Of a stretch of 64,000 bases of DNA, positions 57,004 through 64,000 are shown piece by piece. The notes under the pieces were generated by a model. That model saw only the letters and a list, made by a program, of their open reading frames with translations. It was not told where the DNA came from and did no database searches. Every line of letters begins with the position of its first letter. Position 1 is the stretch's first letter. Both the position numbers and the translations under genes were made by a program. Source of the DNA: a virus (Duplodnaviria; Caudoviricetes); the IMG/VR virus record IMGVR_UViG_3300028833_000101, positions 32,001-96,000 of that record. One strand, given 5' to 3'.

Positions 57004-57309
57004 ATGGCAAATCCAGAACAAAAGAAGTGACCAGTCATCACTTGCCCACATTGTGGTTATCAGTATGCTCCAGCAGAGATATTCATGCCAGGAGATCTGA
57101 TTGGCAACCCAGAACAAGTTGTTAGAGATGCACTTGGCAAAATCATCTACCAAGAATATGATGAAGATAGTGAACCAGCACAAGTTGGGCACTACATCTG
57201 TGACGAGTGTGGAAAACCATTCATCGTGGAGCCAGTGATCACATATAAAGTCAAGAAAGAAGATGAGGCAAAAGATTTCAGTGATCTTTCCGCCAGCTTA
57301 CTAGACTAA
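57004..57309 (+). CDS. Zinc-ribbon protein (code 4)
   Basis: ATG 57004 follows AAGGAG. TGA at 57028. CPHCG and CDECG pairs. Confidence 0.75.
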
Positions 57310-57335
57310 TTTCAAATCAGGGAGATTTCGTTTAG

Positions 57336-59051
57336 ATGATCTACGTCAGAGAGATCGTTCCAAGAAAATTTTCCGGGCTAAGTTCATTCTTAGTCTCTTT
57401 TCAGTATGACCCAAAGATAGTAGAAGCGATCAAAACAGTTCCGGCCTACTACTATCACAAGAAAGATTTGTGCTGAGAGATTCCAAGTGACTATCTTGCC
57501 ACTCTTTTAGATACACTTACTTTCTTAGATAATATACAGTTGATAATGCTTCCTGAAACTGAGGTGATTCTAAACCAGGATGATTTCAGTTTGACCCAGG
57601 CGGAAATAGACCAACTTCATTTCAAACCATTTCCACATCAAGTAGATGCGATCAACTATGGCTTAAATCCGAAACACACTAAGTGGCTCTTACTAGACAG
57701 CATGGGCCTTGGCAAAACGTTAGAGATCATCGGATATGCAGAAACTCTAAAATCCAGAGGTCTTATCGATCACTGTCTCATTATTTGCGGAGTAGATTCA
57801 CTAAGACAGAACTGGAAATCCGAAATCGAGAAGTTTTCAAACTATGGTGTTAGAGTCTTAGGCGAATACATCACTAAGAATGGAACCATCAGATACAGAA
57901 CGATCCCAGAGAGAGCTGCGGAGTTAAAAGAACCAATCTCAGAATTCTTCGTAGTAATTAACGCAGCCACACTAAGACATGATGAAGTGATCGATGCATT
58001 TAAAAAATCTAAGAACAAGTTTGGTTTGATTGCAGTAGATGAAGTGCATCGCTTTGCATCATCAACATCGCAACAAGGCGACAACCTACTAAAACTAAAA
58101 TCTGATTACAAGGTTGCAGCTACAGGTACACTTTTACTAAATTCACCGATCAGCTGTTATGTACCTCTAGTGTGGACTGAGAACGATCATAGCATCTTAA
58201 CAAACTTCAAAGCTCAGTACTGTAAATTCGGCGGTTTTGGTGATAAACAGATCGTTGGATATAAGAATTTAGAGACACTGAGAGAAGAAATAAATTCTTG
58301 TATGATCCGAAGAACGTTGGATCAAGTGCGTGATGACATGCCACTAAAGAACATTACTTACCAGATAGTAGAAATGTCTGATCAACATCGTAAGTTTTAT
58401 GATGCTATAGTGGACGGTGTAAAATCAGAAGCTGATAAGATCAAGCTCAATACATCGAACTTACTTGCGTTAACCACTAGACTTCGCCAGGCTACAGCAT
58501 GTCCTAGTGTGCTTACCACTCAGAACATCGTAAGCTCTAAGGTCGAAAGAGCTGCGGAAATAGCTACAGATCTACTAGAGTCAGGCGAGAAAGTCGTAGT
58601 GTTCAGTATGTTCAAGGAATCTGTACAGGCTTTAGCTACGATGCTAGCACAGTACAAGCCGCTAATCTGTACAGGCGATTACACTGAACAGCAGATCAAA
58701 TCTAGTGTGGAAGCTTTCCAAAACGATCCAAATTCGAAATTACTGATCGGTACGCATCAGAAGATGGGTACTGGATTTACACTAAATTCAGCATCGTACT
58801 TGATCTGCATCGACACACCATGGACTGATGCTTCACTAAGCCAGTCTACAGATCGTATCTGGCGAATCACTAACAAGTATCCAGCATATGTTACCGTGCT
58901 TACTTGCGCTGATACTATTGATGAACGTGTTAGAGAGATCGTCGAAACTAAGAAGGATCTATCTGACTACATGATCGACGGTGTAGAGAATGAGCTCGCA
59001 GTTAGTGAACAGCTTTCGAATGAGATGCGCAGAATCATTCAGAACCTTTAG
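57336..59051 (+). CDS. SNF2/SMARCAL1-like helicase with N-terminal HARP-like domain (code 4)
   Basis: DSMGLGKT, DEVH, ATGT, GTGFTL, QSTDRIWR. N-terminal FQYDPKIVEAIK..C(W)EI reads through TGA 57474. Confidence 0.9.
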
Positions 59052-59109
59052 TGAATCTATGCGCGCGATGGAGAACGCGTATGCATATGTACGTGTGCGC
59101 GTTTCTATT

Positions 59110-59181
59110 TTAATAAATTAATAAATTATTAAATCATTAAATTAATAAATTATTAAATTAATAAATTATTAAATCATTAAA
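59110..59181. repeat. AT-only 9-mer-like tandem repeat (ttaataaat/attaaatca)
   Basis: Approximate inverted counterpart of 56770-56826. Confidence 0.7.
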
Positions 59182-59243
59182 AATCTTATTTACTTTATGT
59201 CCAAAATATGTTATAATATTGTTAGAATATAGAGAGGCTTAAT

Positions 59244-59462
59244 ATGACAGCAAAAGAAGAATTAAAAGAATATTTAAATTCAGCTGACCCACAAGATTTG
59301 GTTGACTGTTTGAAAGAACATTTAGAAAAAGATGCTACTGATAAAAAGCATTTCGAAATGATTTCGATACTATATTGGAATGAAAAAAATACTTTTAATA
59401 CTTTAAGTGCTGGATGTAAAGCCTCAATACTAATTTACCTAGCAATGAGAAACAGAGGATAG
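59244..59462 (+). CDS. Hypothetical early protein
   Basis: Promoter at 59189 and AGAGAGG RBS. Confidence 0.7.
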   Translation: MTAKEELKEYLNSADPQDLVDCLKEHLEKDATDKKHFEMISILYWNEKNTFNTLSAGCKASILIYLAMRNRG

Positions 59463-59466
59463 TAAT

Positions 59467-60045
59467 ATGGGAAAAGATACATTAAAAGTTATTGGTGCTT
59501 CAAATCACTGTGATGAAGAACGTTCCAAGTTAGACTATTACGGAACTGACCCGCGTTCAACTAAAGCATTATTAAGCGTAGAGAAATTCGACCACGAAAT
59601 TTGGGAACCATGTGCTGGACACCACTTAATGGTCAATACACTTATCGAAGCTGGATATCATGTGCTGGCTACTGATATCGCTGAGTACGAAGGCGTTCAA
59701 CATGCTAAGATGAACTTCCTAGATATAGAAGGTTCCTGGGATGGAGATATCATTACAAACCCACCATATGGACTATCAACTGACTTCGCTGTTAAAGCAC
59801 TTGAATTGGTAAAGCCTGGACACAAAGTTGCGATGTTTCTGAGAACTTTGTTCTTAGAAGGCACCAAGAGATATGAGAAACTCTTCAGTGTCAACCCACC
59901 AAAAACTGTTTATGTCTTCACGAACCGCCAAGTCTCAGACAAAAATGATGATTTCAACAAAGGCTCTGCAGTATCATACAGCTGGTTCGTCTGGGAAAAA
60001 GGATATCAAGGTCCAACTGAAATTAAGTGGATTTCAAGCAAATAA
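59467..60045 (+). CDS. Putative N6-adenine DNA methyltransferase
   Basis: DYYGT, IWEPCAG (motif I), IITNPPY (motif IV), YSWFVW. Confidence 0.85.
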   Translation: MGKDTLKVIGASNHCDEERSKLDYYGTDPRSTKALLSVEKFDHEIWEPCAGHHLMVNTLIEAGYHVLATDIAEYEGVQHAKMNFLDIEGSWDGDIITNPPYGLSTDFAVKALELVKPGHKVAMFLRTLFLEGTKRYEKLFSVNPPKTVYVFTNRQVSDKNDDFNKGSAVSYSWFVWEKGYQGPTEIKWISSK

Positions 60046-60083
60046 GGGTTTACAAAACCCTTTTTTTGTGCTATAATATAATT

Positions 60084-60260
60084 ATGAAACAGAAGATTAA
60101 GATTATTGACAAAACTACTGGCAAGGTTCTTGAGAAAGAAGTGGAAATTCGAAATCAAGATCATTTCGAAGTGCAACTTAGAACTCGTGCACATATTTTT
60201 CGTAATCGCAAAGCGTATAATAGAAAGAAGAAGCACAAACATGCAAACGAAGAAGATTAG
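60084..60260 (+). CDS. Small basic protein with ArfA-like C-terminal motif (leaderless)
   Basis: RAHIFRNRKAYNRKKKHK. ATG lies 6 nt after TATAAT. Confidence 0.65.
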   Translation: MKQKIKIIDKTTGKVLEKEVEIRNQDHFEVQLRTRAHIFRNRKAYNRKKKHKHANEED

Positions 60261-60435
60261 TATTGAACTTACAGAAGATGAAGCTAAAGTAGTGTCGGAT
60301 TACCTATTCAGAAAAGCTTGCAAGCTAGAAGATGCAAATTTGACTGACTCTTACTGTTATCCAAGACTATATTCTGCTTATCATAAGATTAACAGAGCAA
60401 TGGGAGATGACAAGGATGGAAATGGAACAAATTGA
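60241..60435 (+). CDS. Hypothetical protein (ends at TGA; in code 4 it would run to TAG at 60462)
   Basis: MQTKKISIELTEDEAK start. Confidence 0.65.
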   Translation: MQTKKISIELTEDEAKVVSDYLFRKACKLEDANLTDSYCYPRLYSAYHKINRAMGDDKDGNGTN

Positions 60436-60847
60436 TTTATCAGATCCAAAAAAGTTTTTTAGCGAACTAGTAAAGAAAGCATTAGAAGGAAAACAATCTA
60501 ATTTCGAATTTATCCGAGATCTTGAAATGCTTAAAGTAGCAAGGCTCTACAAAATCGGAACAAGAAAAGTATTTAGAGTGTTTAAGAGTTTGCATAAAGC
60601 TTTAATAAAAGTGTACGCTAAAGATGTTCTGACAGATGAACAAAAACTAGAAATGATCATGTCAATAAAGCAATTTGAAATCTGCTGCGAATATTATAAA
60701 AAAGAATGTGCAATCGCGAAAGACATGATTTCAGAATATAAAACTTATGTGTTTAGCGGACATATCTTAGCACAGTTATTCTTCAACGGTGTGCGACCAG
60801 ACAATGAATGTGTAGACTATAGAAAATTACCTTGGAAATTATTTTAA
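60407..60847 (+). CDS. Hypothetical helical protein (start may be 60422)
   Basis: Intact ORF. AAGGA lies before ATG 60422. Confidence 0.7.
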   Translation: MTRMEMEQIDLSDPKKFFSELVKKALEGKQSNFEFIRDLEMLKVARLYKIGTRKVFRVFKSLHKALIKVYAKDVLTDEQKLEMIMSIKQFEICCEYYKKECAIAKDMISEYKTYVFSGHILAQLFFNGVRPDNECVDYRKLPWKLF

Positions 60848-60902
60848 AAAGCATTTACAAACATGCACTAACGCGTTATAATATTATTAGGAGAAAAGAA
60901 TA

Positions 60903-61100
60903 ATGAAAGTTCAAAGTTCGACAATTTCAGAAATTAATTACGACGGAAACCTTCTTACTATCTCGTTCACGAATGGTAGAGAATATGTCTATGAAGGTGT
61001 GCCAGCCAGTATCTATGAGGCTTTCACTCAAGCGGACAGCAAAGGAAAGTATTTCCACGAGAACATTAATTATCGATACAATTATTCGAGAATTAAATAA
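60903..61100 (+). CDS. KTSC domain protein
   Basis: VQSSTISEINYD..L.I.F.NGREYVYEGVP..SKGKYF. Confidence 0.9.
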   Translation: MKVQSSTISEINYDGNLLTISFTNGREYVYEGVPASIYEAFTQADSKGKYFHENINYRYNYSRIK

Positions 61101-61191
61101 AAAAACTATTTACAAATAATTAAAAACGTGTTATAATAATAATGTAAAGAGTGAATGGCGACACTCTTAAATAAAACGGAGGTAAACAAAA

Positions 61192-61503
61192 ATGGCTAAA
61201 ACTTACATGACTGGTTGGGGAATGCGTGGAGAACGCACCGCAAGAGGTGGACGCGATGGTGTCCAATGTGCTGCACAATCTTATGATGGCAGCGTGATCG
61301 TTAGCAACAGATATGTTGAAGATGAGAATGGAAAAGAACACTTAGAGATTCGTGTTGGAACAAACGACGGTTCGAGTTGTTATTCTGACTGGAGCTCAAA
61401 CGATTTCAATGGAACATTTGAAGAGTTCAAAGCATTACTCAAACTCAATAAAGAAATTAAAGAAGGCAAAGTTTCTGTGGTAAGACACAGAATCAAGCGA
61501 TAG
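61192..61503 (+). CDS. Hypothetical early protein
   Basis: Promoter at 61109 and GGAGGT RBS. Confidence 0.75.
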   Translation: MAKTYMTGWGMRGERTARGGRDGVQCAAQSYDGSVIVSNRYVEDENGKEHLEIRVGTNDGSSCYSDWSSNDFNGTFEEFKALLKLNKEIKEGKVSVVRHRIKR

Positions 61504-61600
61504 ATTCCTCTCTTTCTGAAAAGTTGGTCTGTAAAAGATCGACTTTTTATTTACTTTTTTTCTAAAGCGTGTTATAATATTATTAGAGAGGTAAAGAGAT

Positions 61601-62017
61601 ATGAAAAATAAAAACTTAGCAAAACAAGAATATCTTGAAATGATTAAACAGTCCTGGACTTGGGCTAAACTTACAGAAGAGGAAAGAAAAAAGTTTTCGG
61701 AGTTATTAGAACATCCTTGTTCTGCAGTAGTTATTAAAGGAAACTACGATCAACGTTGGGAAGCTTGTGAAGCTTTATACCATACTTATTTAGAAGGACT
61801 TGGATATGACCCACTTCATTGGCGTGAAGGTATGGAAGAGCCTAGCGAAACAACTTATTATGAAATTGACTATAAATGCCACGGTGTAGAACAAAAACCG
61901 TTGACACTTACTGATGTCATGCAGGCTAGACGTTTGCATTCAGCTTTGAAAACTGACAGTAGAAATACAGATGTGAAGTTAATGAGAATTAAGATTATCT
62001 CGAGTGAGGTAAAGTAA
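61601..62017 (+). CDS. Hypothetical early protein
   Basis: Promoter at 61550. SWTWAKLTEEE motif. Confidence 0.75.
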   Translation: MKNKNLAKQEYLEMIKQSWTWAKLTEEERKKFSELLEHPCSAVVIKGNYDQRWEACEALYHTYLEGLGYDPLHWREGMEEPSETTYYEIDYKCHGVEQKPLTLTDVMQARRLHSALKTDSRNTDVKLMRIKIISSEVK

Positions 62018-62018
62018 G

Positions 62019-62306
62019 ATGAGCTATTATAAAGTTAAAACTACATCCGTTGATTACTGTGTTGAAGAAGAAGATATTTGTGACACTTTTGAAGAGCAAC
62101 ACCCTGAAGTAGAAGTAGACAGTGATGAATATTGTGAAGCTATCGATGCTGAAGTTACTAGACTTAAAAATAGTTTGCCACAGACGCTGGAACTTGAAAT
62201 AGAGTGCGATCCAGAAGACCTTGACGATATGGTTTGCGATGCTATCAGTGAGGAAACTGGTTGGCTTGTCAATAGCTTCACCTATGACATTCTTGAACAA
62301 AAATAA
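62019..62306 (+). CDS. Hypothetical acidic protein
   Basis: C-terminal DAISEETGWLV, a motif common in small phage proteins. Confidence 0.75.
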   Translation: MSYYKVKTTSVDYCVEEEDICDTFEEQHPEVEVDSDEYCEAIDAEVTRLKNSLPQTLELEIECDPEDLDDMVCDAISEETGWLVNSFTYDILEQK

Positions 62307-62370
62307 ATTAAAGGGTTTACAAAACCCTTTTTTCGTGATATAATAATAGTATAAGAGAGGTAATTAAAAT

Positions 62371-62886
62371 ATGGAATTAAATGGAAAAACATTAGAAGAA
62401 GTATTAAACACTGAATTAGTTGGTAAAGACGTTGGTTATTCACATTGGAACTTTACTGGTGCATTGTTAAAGGTTCTTCGTATCTTAGCGAAAGAGGCTG
62501 GTCTAAATGAAAATAATTTCAGTTATAAAACCCAAGGCACAAACTCAGTGTATCTTACTTATAAAAATATAAGTTTTGGTGATGCTACATTTCAAAAGCA
62601 AAAAGGCAAATATAAATACGGAAGTTATGAATGGACTTTTAAGAAAGTTTTCGTTAATCTTTGGAATGAAGACGGTTATTCAAGTTATAAGGGTTTAACT
62701 TTCTTAGACATGATTGCTAAGATCAATGAAGAGTTAGATGTTAAGAAAACTAGAGAACAAGCCAAACTTGAACAAGCGAAGAAAGTATTTCAAAAGATTA
62801 AAGAAGAGATTGGTGCCAAAGACGATTATGAGGTTACAAACTTCATTGAATATATGAATAAAAACAGATATTCACTTCGTCAATAA
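62371..62886 (+). CDS. Hypothetical early protein
   Basis: Promoter at 62316 and GAGAGGT RBS. Confidence 0.75.
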   Translation: MELNGKTLEEVLNTELVGKDVGYSHWNFTGALLKVLRILAKEAGLNENNFSYKTQGTNSVYLTYKNISFGDATFQKQKGKYKYGSYEWTFKKVFVNLWNEDGYSSYKGLTFLDMIAKINEELDVKKTREQAKLEQAKKVFQKIKEEIGAKDDYEVTNFIEYMNKNRYSLRQ

Positions 62887-62977
62887 TTCTTGCAAAAATT
62901 AAGTAAATTGTGTAAAAAACAGTTTACTTTTTTATTAAAACGTGATATAATTATAATAGAGAGAGGTTAAGAGAACT

Positions 62978-63307
62978 ATGAAAAAATACTTAATTCATTT
63001 TATGAGTGTTGACACCCCAAGCGTTGAGGACGATGGTATTAGTGCTGGCACAGGGTTTGGAATTCACCCACAAGCATTTGACTCAAAAGAAGATGCACAA
63101 AAATACTTGGAAGAAACTTTAATTCCAGAAGACCAAGCCAACTTAGAAGATTGCTACGGAATTACTGATGATCCTGAACTTGCTGACAATTATGAGTTTT
63201 CAGTTGAAGACGGTAGTTATGATAGAAAGCAATTAGTTGTTTATGACGCGTTCGACGGAAATGAACTTAATACAACTATCTATGAAGTCGTGGAGGTTGA
63301 ATTCTAA
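62978..63307 (+). CDS. Hypothetical acidic early protein
   Basis: Promoter at 62923. Confidence 0.75.
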   Translation: MKKYLIHFMSVDTPSVEDDGISAGTGFGIHPQAFDSKEDAQKYLEETLIPEDQANLEDCYGITDDPELADNYEFSVEDGSYDRKQLVVYDAFDGNELNTTIYEVVEVEF

Positions 63308-63480
63308 TGAGAACAGTTTATGTTGTCATCAAAGACGGAATTATTCAAGATGCTTATGCAGATCATCTTACTGATTTAGTGGTATTAGATTACGATACTC
63401 AAGATGAAGAAATGATTAAGCAACTTGATAAAGAACTTGCTAAGATTAAAGAAAGCAATGATTGTATTGAAATTCTTTAA
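63307..63480 (+). CDS. Hypothetical protein (57 aa, similar to 48837; absent from the track)
   Basis: TAATG coupling. MRTVYVVIKDGIIQDAYAD..VVLDYD. Confidence 0.7.
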   Translation: MRTVYVVIKDGIIQDAYADHLTDLVVLDYDTQDEEMIKQLDKELAKIKESNDCIEIL

Positions 63481-63493
63481 GAGGTAAGAAAAA

Positions 63494-63736
63494 ATGGAAC
63501 AAAGCATTTTAGATCAAGAAGAATTAAACAAAAGAGCCGATGAAGTATTTGACTTAAGTATCGGCGATTATGTCTACGATGTGTTTGTAGAAGATAATGG
63601 CACTGTCAGAATCCCAATGCGAGAACTTAGTGATTTAGACGGCGACTATGTTGACTTCGATTATAAACCTGATATGACAGAAAGACCAGAAGCATTAGAT
63701 TATCTAATGGGAAAGAGAGACGATTTCAATGACTAA
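63494..63736 (+). CDS. Hypothetical acidic protein
   Basis: GAGGT RBS and intact ORF. Confidence 0.7.
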   Translation: MEQSILDQEELNKRADEVFDLSIGDYVYDVFVEDNGTVRIPMRELSDLDGDYVDFDYKPDMTERPEALDYLMGKRDDFND

Positions 63737-63992
63737 GATTTATATTGTAGTAGATGCTTGTAGCGGTGAAGATTATAGCACTGATGATCCAACCATTCTT
63801 TGTGTGGATACTAATGAAGAACGTGCAAAAGATTTCTTTGAGGAAGAAATTGAAAACTGGGAAGACGGAATGACTAACTTCGATTCCAATACCACAGAGC
63901 ATTATGGTGAAACCAAGTTAGTTTATGAATGCACTGACTATGAAGGTGACTCACATAGAGTAATGAAATTAGTTGAAAAAGAAATTCAATAA
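63729..63992 (+). CDS. Hypothetical acidic protein
   Basis: Small phage protein pattern KIYIV...EERAK...EKEI. Confidence 0.7.
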   Translation: MTKIYIVVDACSGEDYSTDDPTILCVDTNEERAKDFFEEEIENWEDGMTNFDSNTTEHYGETKLVYECTDYEGDSHRVMKLVEKEIQ

Positions 63993-64000
63993 AAATTAAA

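Noticed and set aside
1168-62300. Minus-strand and alternative-frame ORFs in the track (for example 1168-1467, 24726-24971, 36414-36899, 39064-39504, 61995-62300)
   Set aside because: They are shadows of + strand genes or repeats, with no RBS, promoter or recognisable motifs.
46480-63992. A constitutive code-4 (Mollicute-like) host as the whole explanation
   Set aside because: In such AT-rich DNA TGA would be expected throughout, yet about 55 early Trp codons are all TGG. It is not formally excluded without knowing the host.

Overview
This is a 64 kb segment of an AT-rich, large, contractile-tailed (myovirus-type) phage genome. Almost all genes are on the + strand, with Bacillota-like SD sequences and sigmaA-type promoters. 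The supplied ORF track is badly fragmented because TGA is read as Trp in many genes. Re-reading in code 4 gives: intact neck, sheath, tube, tape measure, baseplate, spike and fibre genes (1-27 kb); an acidic multi-domain polyprotein; an array of about 15 paralogous alpha-beta-beta-beta-alpha proteins; a collagen/CBM/BspA-LRR operon; and a SNF2 helicase. Genes behind TTTACA-17-TATAAT (early-type) promoters use only TGG for Trp (about 55 of 55 by my manual count). Genes behind a novel TTGCTAAATTA (late-type) motif carry most of the roughly 90-95 in-frame TGAs, which points to a temporally switched genetic code. Further signals that may bear on translation control are several structured small RNAs displaying anti-Shine-Dalgarno loops, leaderless genes and an ArfA-like peptide. 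An origin- or terminus-like region lies at about 55.5-59.2 kb. No suppressor tRNA was seen in this window. All counts are by eye and no database searches were run.
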